From an uncultured Micavibrio sp. (lineage in GTDB: Bacteria; Pseudomonadota; Alphaproteobacteria; Micavibrionales; Micavibrionaceae), in the NCBI GenBank assembly GCA_965216405.1, contig OZ244161.1, positions 376,917 through 440,916 on the forward strand: 64,000 nt of DNA. The letters are read 5' to 3'. Within the stretch, counting starts at the first letter, position 1. Each line of letters opens with the position of its first letter. Of the stretch, positions 37,494 to 46,098 are shown one piece after another. The notes below the pieces were generated by a model. The model searched no databases and had not been told where the DNA came from. It was given only the letters and a program-made list of their open reading frames with translations. Position numbers and translations under genes: made by a program.

Positions 37494-38315
37494 ATGACAA
37501 AACTCCCTTATGATCCCGACCAGATACAAGTCAGGTTAGCGATCAACACAAATGAAATCAAGGCTGCACAAGCCTTACGATATAAAGTGTTTTACGATGA
37601 GTATGGCGCCACGCCAACCGAAGAAATGAAACGTGAGAAACGCGACATTGATTCTTATGATGATATTACAGACCATCTGGTGGTATTAGATCGTGACCTG
37701 CCTGAAGGACCGGATCAAATTATCGGCACCTACCGTCTCCTGCGCCGGGAGATCGCCGAGAAGCACGGCCAGTTTTACACCAGCGATGAATATGATATCC
37801 AACCCCTACTTGATTACGATAAAGATTTGCTTGAATTGGGTCGCTCCTGTGTCTTGCCCTTATATAGGACACGGCCGGTCTTACAAAAGCTCTGGCAGGG
37901 AATTGCCCATTATGTGGCCGACCATAATATTGGCCTGATGTTTGGCTGCGCAAGTTTGCGCGGAACAGATATACAGGCGCTCTCCCAACAATTAGCGTAT
38001 TTATATCATTATCATAAAGCCCCGCGTCATCTATGCCCAAAAGCCCTTGCTAGCCGTTATGTCGATATGAATCTTCATGATAAAGAATCGATTGATGTCA
38101 AAGCCGTTTTCAGCTCCATGCCGCCATTGATTAAAGGCTACATACGACTGGGGGCTTATATCGGAGAAGGCGCAGTCGTGGATGAGCAATTTAATACCAC
38201 CGATGTCTGTATCGTCATGCCGACCTCTCTGGTCAAAGAAAAATATATCAAACATTATGAGCGCGTGACGAAAAAGGTCATTCCCGCAGGAGAGCGCATG
38301 GAAAGCGTTCAATAA
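37494..38315 (+). CDS. olsB: ornithine-acyl-ACP N-acyltransferase-like GNAT (OlsB family)
   Basis: VRLAINTNEIKAAQALRYKVFYDEYGATP...RDIDSYDDITDHLVVLD...IGTYRLL matches the OlsB/hemolysin-like GNAT family pattern. An acyltransferase gene follows directly. ATG at 37494 with GAAGGA upstream. Confidence 0.8.
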   Translation: MTKLPYDPDQIQVRLAINTNEIKAAQALRYKVFYDEYGATPTEEMKREKRDIDSYDDITDHLVVLDRDLPEGPDQIIGTYRLLRREIAEKHGQFYTSDEYDIQPLLDYDKDLLELGRSCVLPLYRTRPVLQKLWQGIAHYVADHNIGLMFGCASLRGTDIQALSQQLAYLYHYHKAPRHLCPKALASRYVDMNLHDKESIDVKAVFSSMPPLIKGYIRLGAYIGEGAVVDEQFNTTDVCIVMPTSLVKEKYIKHYERVTKKVIPAGERMESVQ

Positions 38316-39122
38316 ATGCGCCCGCTTATTGCTATTGTTAAATTATTGGCACTGGCGCTTGTTTGTTTATTTACCCTGATCTCCCAAACGCTTGTTTTGC
38401 TCATTCCCGGTAATGAGCGCTTTTTCTATCTCGTGCCTACCATATTCTGCCGCTCGATGTGTTTTATCTTCAGGATCAAAGTGCAAACACAAGGCGATAT
38501 TGCAACAGGCCACGTGATGTATGTGGGCAATCACCTCTCTTATATCGATATCCCTGTTCTAGGCAGTGTGCTTAAAGCGTCTTTCATTTCTAAAGCCTCT
38601 GTAAAAAAATGGCCTGTTTTTGGCTGGATCGCGACGCTGGGCAAAACTATCTATATCCAGCGCACAAGATCCGCAGCATCCAAAGCGATTAAAGATATTG
38701 CCCATTCTTTATCAAAAGGGCGTTCCCTTATTTTATTTCCCGAAGGCACATCCACGCAAGGAATCAGCGTTCTGCCTTTTAAATCAACGGTTTTTGAGCT
38801 TTTTTTAAGTGATGAGTTAAAAAACAAACTTGTGGTCCAGCCCTTTACCCTGACGCTCAAGGGTATTAACGCCCATAAACCACCGCGTGATATTAAGGCG
38901 CATGATATTTACGCCTGGCACGGAGATATGGGGTTAGAGCCTCATATGTGGGCACTGGCCCTTTCAAAAGGGGTTGATATTTTAATAACGTTTCACCCGC
39001 CGGTAAAAGCCGCAAACCAAAACGACAGAAAGGTTTTTGCCGGTAAATGCCACGACCTTACCGCAAACGGGCTGGCAAATACTTTGGCGACCCCCCTTGA
39101 TTTCCCCTTAAAAGGCCCCTAA
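38316..39122 (+). CDS. olsA: lysophospholipid/lyso-ornithine lipid O-acyltransferase (PlsC family, OlsA-like)
   Basis: HX4D motif NHLSYIDIP plus FPEGTST. Starts 1 nt after the olsB stop. Confidence 0.78.
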   Translation: MRPLIAIVKLLALALVCLFTLISQTLVLLIPGNERFFYLVPTIFCRSMCFIFRIKVQTQGDIATGHVMYVGNHLSYIDIPVLGSVLKASFISKASVKKWPVFGWIATLGKTIYIQRTRSAASKAIKDIAHSLSKGRSLILFPEGTSTQGISVLPFKSTVFELFLSDELKNKLVVQPFTLTLKGINAHKPPRDIKAHDIYAWHGDMGLEPHMWALALSKGVDILITFHPPVKAANQNDRKVFAGKCHDLTANGLANTLATPLDFPLKGP

Positions 39123-39153
39123 ACCTATCAACATGACAAACGCGGAGAAAATT

Positions 39154-39375
39154 ATGGTTGAGATTAGCCCAGACGAACTTGTAAAAGTACAGGCCTATTT
39201 AAGGTCAAAATTTGATAATCCCGGACTGGCGGTCAGACCCCGTTCACAGACGGCAGATTCTATTGAAGTGTTGTTGAATGGTGAATTTATCGGCCTTGTT
39301 TATAAAGACACGGATGAGGGCGAAACGTCTTATGATTTCAACATGTCAATTTTAGACATTGATTTACCAGAGTAA
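39154..39375 (+). CDS. DUF3126-family small protein
   Basis: ISPDELVKVQAYLRSKFDNPGLAVRPRSQTADSIEVLLNGEFIGLVYKDTDEGETSYDFNMSIL matches the alphaproteobacterial DUF3126 pattern. GGAG lies 6 nt upstream of the ATG at 39154. An alternative ATG lies at 39133. Confidence 0.7.
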   Translation: MVEISPDELVKVQAYLRSKFDNPGLAVRPRSQTADSIEVLLNGEFIGLVYKDTDEGETSYDFNMSILDIDLPE

Positions 39376-39389
39376 GCTATAATCGGGGC

Positions 39390-39827
39390 ATGACTCGCCT
39401 CTTCCTCATCACCGCTATTATACTCCCCCTTATTTACAATGCAGCATGGGCACAAAGCGCATTAAGGTTTCGCGCACCTGAAGGCATTAAAGAAATACGG
39501 CTGCTAAATCACATAAAGAAAACCCGCCAAATTCCTGATATTCAGTACATTATTGCGCCCACAGACTTAAACAATGATCTGATAAATGAATATATTATCA
39601 GACCGAAATCAAACCGAGATTGTAGCGGTAGCCGCCTTTGTCCGTATTACGTAATCGCCCTCCAAGAGCGCACGCCTATCACACTTGGAAAATTTAATGC
39701 CCATAAAATAGTGGTTTCTTCTAAAAAAACCTACGGAGTTCGGGATATCATCGTCTATAATGATCATTACAACGATTTCAAAACCAACACGGTCACTTGG
39801 CACCCGTATGAGTTTAAGTATAAGTAA
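39390..39827 (+). CDS. exported hypothetical protein, family P (paralog of 40612-41241)
   Basis: Signal-like MTRLFLITAIILPLIYNAAWAQ. Shares TDLNNDLINEYII / C..LCPYYVI / YGVRDIIVYND blocks with the 40612 product. Confidence 0.65.
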   Translation: MTRLFLITAIILPLIYNAAWAQSALRFRAPEGIKEIRLLNHIKKTRQIPDIQYIIAPTDLNNDLINEYIIRPKSNRDCSGSRLCPYYVIALQERTPITLGKFNAHKIVVSSKKTYGVRDIIVYNDHYNDFKTNTVTWHPYEFKYK

Positions 39828-39897
39828 TCCAAATCAGTAAAACAGGGCACTTTTGCTCCTGATCAATAAAAAAGGCTATAATTTATAAGGTGAGATA

Positions 39898-40602
39898 ATG
39901 GGAAAATTACATCTGATAAAAATATTAGCCTGCCGGACCTACGGTCTTGTAGTCTTACTGAGCCTTTTAAGCTTGAGCGTCCCTGTTCAGGCGCAGGGTG
40001 ATATTGAGTTAACACCAGCCCCGCCGTCGGGCGCTGCAACGCCGGAACTTTCGGGCTGCGCAACTGATACGTGGGCCGCCATGGTGAATCAGGCCGTGAT
40101 GCAGACCCGGCGCGAAGACATTATGAATAAACGTTATATTGTGAAACCAGACTCTGTCCTGCAATATAGCTGTTTTAGAGATCCATTACGCCGCTTTGCA
40201 TGGGAAATCCCCCGTATTTTCAGTAACGGTGACCAATGGTCCAACAGAGAAGTCGATATCCTCGCGGATGAGCCCCTTTACATCAAAATTTATCAAAAAG
40301 ATTATCCAGAGGTTGAGGAGAATTACAACATTACCGACTGGCAAACACCTTCACTGGAAGAAGCCCTGACATTAATGATCGATGAAGCGATGGTACGGTA
40401 TATTAACCAGCACTATGATCATCGGATTTTAGCCGGCGCAACAGGATTGGGCCAAGCCTCTGACGTCTGTGTCAGCATGGAACAGATGTGGCAATCGGCA
40501 AAATGTAAAAACTTCGATGGAACGCAGGTATTTTATACCTTTGAGGATTTGATCAATTTCGACCCGCGAGAATTCCCCCCCAATATGCCGTGCACCCCGT
40601 AA
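39898..40602 (+). CDS. exported Cys-containing hypothetical protein, family A (paralog of 42435-43367)
   Basis: The signal peptide ends in VPVQAQ. Shares C.T..W..M.....M...RE..M.N...I.KPDSVL.Y.CF and C..M...W..AKC.NF blocks with the 42435 product. Confidence 0.7.
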   Translation: MGKLHLIKILACRTYGLVVLLSLLSLSVPVQAQGDIELTPAPPSGAATPELSGCATDTWAAMVNQAVMQTRREDIMNKRYIVKPDSVLQYSCFRDPLRRFAWEIPRIFSNGDQWSNREVDILADEPLYIKIYQKDYPEVEENYNITDWQTPSLEEALTLMIDEAMVRYINQHYDHRILAGATGLGQASDVCVSMEQMWQSAKCKNFDGTQVFYTFEDLINFDPREFPPNMPCTP

Positions 40603-40611
40603 GGAAAGAAA

Positions 40612-41241
40612 ATGACACCTATGAAAGACTGCATATCATCACCAAAAGCTTTTTATAGCGCATTTTTTGTTCTCTTCTTGAACTTGACCCTTTTACTCCC
40701 CCTTCCCCCAGCACAAGCCCAAACGCTGGATTACTATTATTGTAATGGTCCCCAAGAACCTTCCTGCATTCTGGCTTTTCAAAAAATCGCGCAATTGCGT
40801 AACCCGATGAGCAAAGAAAAAAACAGATTTTTTAATAACGGCATCCATAATATGACAACCCAAGAAGGGGAACTGATTGCCTTTCCAGCTATCTATGTGA
40901 CAGAAACGGATATTGACAGAGACGGTTATAATGAAATCATTGCAAAAGTAACTGAAGCTACCGAGGAAGAAGAAGGACTATTTTGCCCTGAAACCAAGGC
41001 GGGAGTAAAACAGTGCCCGCATTTTATTATTCAGGACCGGAACATCAGCGGGGAAGAAAGCAACTTGAAAAATTTCCGGATCATGGGCCCGATATATGCC
41101 TACTTCATCGGACTGTCCACCAACGAACGCTTTGGCGGGTACCGCTCTCTGGTCGCGTACAGGGATACGAATTTTAAAACGTTTGCTGTCTACCAATATG
41201 ACAAAAAAACGGATAAGTACTTCCGTATTGAGGGGCCATAA
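40612..41241 (+). CDS. exported hypothetical protein, family P (paralog of 39390-39827)
   Basis: The hydrophobic N-terminus ends in PPAQAQ. Carries the blocks TDIDRDGYNEIIA / C......CPHFII / FGGYRSLVAYRD. Confidence 0.65.
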   Translation: MTPMKDCISSPKAFYSAFFVLFLNLTLLLPLPPAQAQTLDYYYCNGPQEPSCILAFQKIAQLRNPMSKEKNRFFNNGIHNMTTQEGELIAFPAIYVTETDIDRDGYNEIIAKVTEATEEEEGLFCPETKAGVKQCPHFIIQDRNISGEESNLKNFRIMGPIYAYFIGLSTNERFGGYRSLVAYRDTNFKTFAVYQYDKKTDKYFRIEGP

Positions 41242-41246
41242 ACAAT

Positions 41247-42365
41247 ATGAAATTTGTACGCCTCTTCTTAGTTTTACTTTTTGTGCTGATGGCAGATACC
41301 GCCCTCTCACCGGCAAAAGCGCAGGATATGTGTGAACGTGGCGGCGGTGTAATTCCCCCGCCTACAGACGTAGGTATTTCCAGTAACATGGGACCGCGTA
41401 ATTGTGCAGGATGTAGTACAAACCACCCCGGAACGGATTATTTAACACCAGATGGTACACGCGTCGCTGGTCCGCCTGAGGGCTGTGTAAACACCTCCGG
41501 CGGCAGCAGCACACCAGCCCAACCCGGCGCAGACCCGAATGGGAACAGCGGCTACGGGTACCGGACCTATTTCGACTGCGGTAATGGTATTACAATTCAA
41601 TATAGTCACTTAAACAACGCCAATTCTTATGATCCTGCTTCAAACACAATAACTACGGGGTGTTCGGGTGCTGGCGGGTGTCACCTTGATTACATTATCC
41701 GTGTAGATGGAGTCCCTGTGGATGCCCAATGTGTGGTTGGCAATGTTTCTACTGACATCAACGATTACAGCTATGGCAACAGTTCAACCCGCCATAACGC
41801 TGCCTGCCCTATCGGCGGCACCGTCAATCTGTGCGACGAAGCAACTCAACAAGCATTAATCGATCACTCAAATCAGGTTTTCTCAGGCAATCCGCCCACA
41901 AGGGTACCGCCAGCGCCTACCGATCCGGAACCTCCTGGACCTGGACCTGGACCCGGACCTGGACCTGGACCCGGACCTGGACCCGGACCTGGACCTGGAC
42001 CCGGACCCGGACCTGGACCTGGACCTGGACCTGGACCTGGGCCTGGGCCTGGGCCCGGACCTGGACCCGGACCCGGACCTACACCGCCAGCGCCATGTAC
42101 CAATTCAACTTGTATCGTGCAGCCCATGATTGATATATCCAATAATGAATCAGCTGAGTATGATACATCTGATCCGCATCTCGATTTAACGGAACCGCCT
42201 GATGCTAGCGCGTCCCCGCCGATATCCTGCGGCGCGCGTGAGACGAACGTTATTGTCGAAAGGCAGGAAGAATCTCAAACACGGGAATATAATGATTCTT
42301 TTTGTACCAATCAGGGATGTCACTATGAAAACAATGCCTCCGGCACCGCAGAATGTGTACAATAG
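41247..42365 (+). CDS. exported M23 (LytM)-like peptidase-fold protein with a (Pro-Gly)24 linker and a Cys-rich C-terminal module
   Basis: The signal peptide ends in SPAKAQ. NHPGTDY (HxxxD), DGTRVAGPPEG, GYGYRTYFDCGNGITIQYSHL and GCSGAGGCHLDYIIRVDGVPVD follow the M23 order of motifs, but HxH reads HLD. A PG repeat and CTNQGCHY...C follow. Confidence 0.75.
   Translation: MKFVRLFLVLLFVLMADTALSPAKAQDMCERGGGVIPPPTDVGISSNMGPRNCAGCSTNHPGTDYLTPDGTRVAGPPEGCVNTSGGSSTPAQPGADPNGNSGYGYRTYFDCGNGITIQYSHLNNANSYDPASNTITTGCSGAGGCHLDYIIRVDGVPVDAQCVVGNVSTDINDYSYGNSSTRHNAACPIGGTVNLCDEATQQALIDHSNQVFSGNPPTRVPPAPTDPEPPGPGPGPGPGPGPGPGPGPGPGPGPGPGPGPGPGPGPGPGPGPGPGPGPTPPAPCTNSTCIVQPMIDISNNESAEYDTSDPHLDLTEPPDASASPPISCGARETNVIVERQEESQTREYNDSFCTNQGCHYENNASGTAECVQ
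41934..42080 (+). repeat. 147 nt tandem hexanucleotide repeat (CCN GGA)n encoding about 24 Pro-Gly dipeptides
   Basis: Read directly: cctggacctggacccgga... with only third-position variation (cct/ccc, gga/ggg). Confidence 0.95.
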
Positions 42366-42434
42366 TGCGTAAAGAAATAACCATGTTTGCCAAAGGACGG
42401 CTTTTTTGGGTAAAATAATGAAGAAGGAAAATTC

Positions 42435-43367
42435 ATGAAAAAAACATTGTTTCTATTAAGCTTGGGTCTGTTAGGTATCCTGCCGCTTACGGTGAAGGCG
42501 CAGGACATTGCTCCGCAACCTTGCGATACAGGTTTTTGGAATCAAATGAAGTCCAAAGCATGGATGGAAGCCGAACGCGAAATCATGCAAAATCAGAATC
42601 TGATTTTTAAACCGGACAGTGTTCTGGAATATACCTGTTTTGACCAGTTTGCTGCCATTAACGCCTGGCAGGGCGGGGATATTTTTGTTCACTCCAATTA
42701 TTTCGGATCGGAAATCATTACACGCGGATCGACTTACGCCATGGAAAAAGCCATGGAAAATGTGGTTTACAATGCCTTGCTTGCTTATAGAAACCTGAGT
42801 TTTAACAACCAGTATTTAAGCGGTCGGGCGCAGGATATGGGCCTGAGTAACCGAAACAGTGTCAGCGCTGCGGACGGTGATTATTTTAAAAAACCTGAAC
42901 AGAGTAATGCCTCCTATACTTGTACAACAATGCAGGATGTCTGGAAGGCAGCCAAATGTGCCAACTTTATCGATAACGCTGCTGTGGCAGGGACAGATGG
43001 GTTTTATCCCTTTGCAACTTTAGCCGGGTTTAACGGTTCCCCTGAAGTGGGCGGCTATGAAGATAAAACTGAAGATGTACGTAAATGGCCGGAGAGTCTG
43101 GCCTGTGGAACATCAACCGGGGTACACAGCTGGACAGACCAGATTGTTTCTGCAGAAAACAAAAACCAGGATCACTACCAGTTCCAGACTCCCTTGGGTC
43201 AGATTTACGTCGATGTCGGTGACCGTCTTGAACCCGGAAATTGTTCAGGTCCCGGGAATGAGGCTATAAAAACAGGTGTTCAGGTCATCACCAGAGAGGG
43301 TGAACACCCTGACGGTGTCTGTACCAATCCTGGATGTAGTTATCAAGAAGACGGTACCTGTTCTTAA
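42435..43367 (+). CDS. exported Cys-containing hypothetical protein, family A (longer paralog), ending in the CTNPGCSY...C motif
   Basis: MKKTLFLLSLGLLGILPLTVKAQ is signal-like. Family A blocks are shared with 39898-40602. The C-terminal GVCTNPGCSYQEDGTCS resembles the end of the 41247 product. Confidence 0.7.
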   Translation: MKKTLFLLSLGLLGILPLTVKAQDIAPQPCDTGFWNQMKSKAWMEAEREIMQNQNLIFKPDSVLEYTCFDQFAAINAWQGGDIFVHSNYFGSEIITRGSTYAMEKAMENVVYNALLAYRNLSFNNQYLSGRAQDMGLSNRNSVSAADGDYFKKPEQSNASYTCTTMQDVWKAAKCANFIDNAAVAGTDGFYPFATLAGFNGSPEVGGYEDKTEDVRKWPESLACGTSTGVHSWTDQIVSAENKNQDHYQFQTPLGQIYVDVGDRLEPGNCSGPGNEAIKTGVQVITREGEHPDGVCTNPGCSYQEDGTCS

Positions 43368-43368
43368 G

Positions 43369-43773
43369 CTATTTACTCGCTTTTTTGATTGTTTCGATGA
43401 TTTTATCTTTGCCCTGCGGTTTTAAGGCAAGCAGCTTGGCCATCACTTCCATATTCTTCTGCTGATTAATCGTTTCGTTTTTATCTGCCTCTGATCGCGG
43501 AGGCTGCTGCGTTTGTTGCGGTGCGGCTGCCTGTTTTTCTTTAGGGGGATTTACCGCTTTGGAGGTCCTCGGCGTGGATCGCTTTGGCTTTAAATCATCC
43601 TCTACCCCCAATTTTTTCATAATTTCAGGGCTGGACGCTATCATACGGCGGATTTTATGGATGACAGCAGGATCCATCTGCCCTCGCGCCTTGCGCATTG
43701 CCTCAAAAGCCTTATCAAGTATACGCTGTCGTTTTTCGGTTATTTGTGGGGTTTTCGGTGGTTGTTCTTCCAC
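43369..43773 (-). CDS. hypothetical Lys/Gln/Pro-rich protein (134 aa)
   Basis: GTG start with AAGGA 6 nt upstream. Low-complexity basic composition with no recognisable domain. Confidence 0.5.
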   Translation of the reverse strand: MEEQPPKTPQITEKRQRILDKAFEAMRKARGQMDPAVIHKIRRMIASSPEIMKKLGVEDDLKPKRSTPRTSKAVNPPKEKQAAAPQQTQQPPRSEADKNETINQQKNMEVMAKLLALKPQGKDKIIETIKKASK

Positions 43774-43855
43774 TTGATATCCTTTGCATTATAATGAGAA
43801 TATCCTTATATCGTACCACGTTTAACCGCGAAACCGAGAGTGATTTGGCTTTTTT

Positions 43856-45142
43856 ATGCTAAAACTTTATAAAATTCTGACGTCTATCAGCGCTCCTTTT
43901 TTGCGCCTGCTTCTACATTTTCGCCTAAAACGCGGGAAAGAAGATGCCAAGCGTCTGCAAGAGCGTCAGGGCCACCCTTCCGCCAAACGTCCAGTAGGCG
44001 AACTGGTCTGGATCCATGCCGCCAGTGTCGGTGAATGCCAATCTGCCCTGATCTTAATTGATTATATCACCCGGCAAAAACCGGATATCAACTTTCTTGT
44101 CACCAGCGGTACGGTTACTTCGGCCAAATTAATGGCAGAGCGCCTGCCCGCCAATGCACTGCACCAGTATATTCCTTTAGATCATCCGCAGTGGGTTGAG
44201 AATTTTCTCCATCACTGGAAACCTGATCTGGCTTTATGGATGGAATCCGAATTATGGCCCAATTTATTACTGAGCATTCGTGAAAAAAACATCTCCGCCA
44301 TTCTGGTGAATGCCCGCTTATCAGACAAATCATTTCGTCATTGGAAACGGTTGAAATTTCAGACAAAAAGATTACTGAAAAGCTTTGATGCAGTTTTAGC
44401 GCAAACGGATCAGGATAAAATACGATATGAGTTACTCGGCGCGAAAAATGTCATTACGGCCGGCAATCTGAAACAAAGTGCCAATCCCCTGCCTTTCGGT
44501 ACAACAGAATTTAACAACCTTAAAGAGGTCATTGGGAAAAGACCTGTCTGGCTTTATGCCAGCACCCATAACGGAGAAGAAACACTTGCCGCCCGCCTCC
44601 ACGAAGACTTACAGCAAACCACAGAAAATATTTTGACGATCATCGCCCCACGCCACCCTGACCGCCGGGATGGGATTCAATCAGAATTAAATCTTATGGG
44701 TCTTCATACGGTTTTCCGTGGTAAAGAAAAAAAACTGCCGACCGAGCAAACGGATATTTATATTGCCGATACGCTTGGTGAATTGGGATTGTTTTATACC
44801 TTGAGCGATATTGCCGTCATAGGACGTTCTTTCAGCTTTGATGGCGGTGGCGGACATAACCCTGTTGAGGCCGCGCAATTAAACTGTGCCGTTCTGACGG
44901 GCCCGAATGTTCAGTTTCAAGAAGAGCTTTTTAACGAAATGTTTGAAGCAAATGCAGCGCATCAGGTTCATACTGAAGAAGAATTACTCCTCGCTATAAA
45001 ATCTCTTTTGGACAATCCTAAACATTTAAAACAAGCAATCGATAATGCCGCAGCTTACGCAAAATCAAAAAACAACATTATTGATGGGTATATGCAACAT
45101 CTCATTCCCTTTTTAACGCCACATACTAAAAAGGCCGCATGA
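43856..45142 (+). CDS. waaA: 3-deoxy-D-manno-octulosonic acid (Kdo) transferase
   Basis: VWIHAASVGECQSA, the typical 428 aa length, and the GT30 pattern. lpxK follows directly. Confidence 0.9.
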   Translation: MLKLYKILTSISAPFLRLLLHFRLKRGKEDAKRLQERQGHPSAKRPVGELVWIHAASVGECQSALILIDYITRQKPDINFLVTSGTVTSAKLMAERLPANALHQYIPLDHPQWVENFLHHWKPDLALWMESELWPNLLLSIREKNISAILVNARLSDKSFRHWKRLKFQTKRLLKSFDAVLAQTDQDKIRYELLGAKNVITAGNLKQSANPLPFGTTEFNNLKEVIGKRPVWLYASTHNGEETLAARLHEDLQQTTENILTIIAPRHPDRRDGIQSELNLMGLHTVFRGKEKKLPTEQTDIYIADTLGELGLFYTLSDIAVIGRSFSFDGGGGHNPVEAAQLNCAVLTGPNVQFQEELFNEMFEANAAHQVHTEEELLLAIKSLLDNPKHLKQAIDNAAAYAKSKNNIIDGYMQHLIPFLTPHTKKAA

Positions 45143-46098
45143 TGCCGTTGCGGACTCCTTCTTTCTGGTTTCAAAAACGGGGGATTTTCTCCACACTGCT
45201 CACGCCTGTTTCTTGGCTTTATCAAATTGGGCATATCATTCATCAAAAATTCTCTGGCACGCCTTATCAGTCTTCCCTGCCTGTCATTTGTGTTGGCAAC
45301 GCTATCGCAGGCGGCAGCGGTAAAACCCCGACAGTCATTACCCTTGCGGAAATTTTAAAAGCGCACAACCCTGTTGCCTTAACACGTGGATATGGAGGGG
45401 CCATCACGACAGCCACCCTCGTCGATCCTGAAAAACACATCGCTCAGAATGTGGGGGACGAGGCGTTATTATTATCCCGCCATTTACCTGTAATCGTTGG
45501 TCCCGACCGTGCAGAAAGCGCAAAACTGGCAGAAAAAGAAAAATTTGATCTCATCATCATGGACGATGGCCTGCAAAATAATACTCTTGCAAAAACCATC
45601 ACGTTGCTTGTGATTGATCGCCAGTTGGATTTTGGTAATGCTAAAATGATTCCGGCAGGTCCTTTACGTGAACCGCTGATAAAAATTCTTCAAAAAAGTG
45701 ATGCTGTCATCTGTATCGGAAGGCCGCTTCAATCTGATCTTCCCGTGTTTGAAGCATCCATTCAGCCACAAGATAGCTTTGATGTTTCCAAAAATTACAT
45801 CGCTTTTGCCGGTTTGGGTATTCCGGCCAAATTTAAAAACACCTTACTGGATTTAAATGCCAATCTTGTAGGCTGGTATAGCTTTGCTGACCACCATCCA
45901 TATAGCCCAGCCAACATTCAAAAATTAAAAGAGGAAGCAGCTTCTAAAAACGCCACCTTAATCACCACAGAAAAGGACTATATGCGCCTGCCGAAAGAAC
46001 TTGCCGAGACAATCACAACCCTCCCCATAAAATTAACCTTTAGTGCCCCCCAAGCCCTTGCGGAGTTCATTGAAAATAAAATAAAATCAGGCTCATGA
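45139..46098 (+). CDS. lpxK: tetraacyldisaccharide 4'-kinase
   Basis: PVICVGNAIAGGSGKTP P-loop and MDDGLQN. ATGA overlap with waaA. Confidence 0.9.
   Translation: MMPLRTPSFWFQKRGIFSTLLTPVSWLYQIGHIIHQKFSGTPYQSSLPVICVGNAIAGGSGKTPTVITLAEILKAHNPVALTRGYGGAITTATLVDPEKHIAQNVGDEALLLSRHLPVIVGPDRAESAKLAEKEKFDLIIMDDGLQNNTLAKTITLLVIDRQLDFGNAKMIPAGPLREPLIKILQKSDAVICIGRPLQSDLPVFEASIQPQDSFDVSKNYIAFAGLGIPAKFKNTLLDLNANLVGWYSFADHHPYSPANIQKLKEEAASKNATLITTEKDYMRLPKELAETITTLPIKLTFSAPQALAEFIENKIKSGS

Noticed and set aside
41934-42080. Tandem repeat as a CRISPR-like or minisatellite non-coding array
   Set aside because: The unit is 6 nt with no spacers and lies in frame within a long ORF with clear domains on both sides. 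It is a coding low-complexity linker.
41831-42142. ORFs 41831-42133 (+, WTWTRT-rich) and 41873-42142 (-, GPGPGP-rich) across the hexanucleotide repeat
   Set aside because: They are alternative-frame and antisense readings of the (CCNGGA)n repeat inside the 41247-42365 CDS. They have no independent start context or flanking coding signal.
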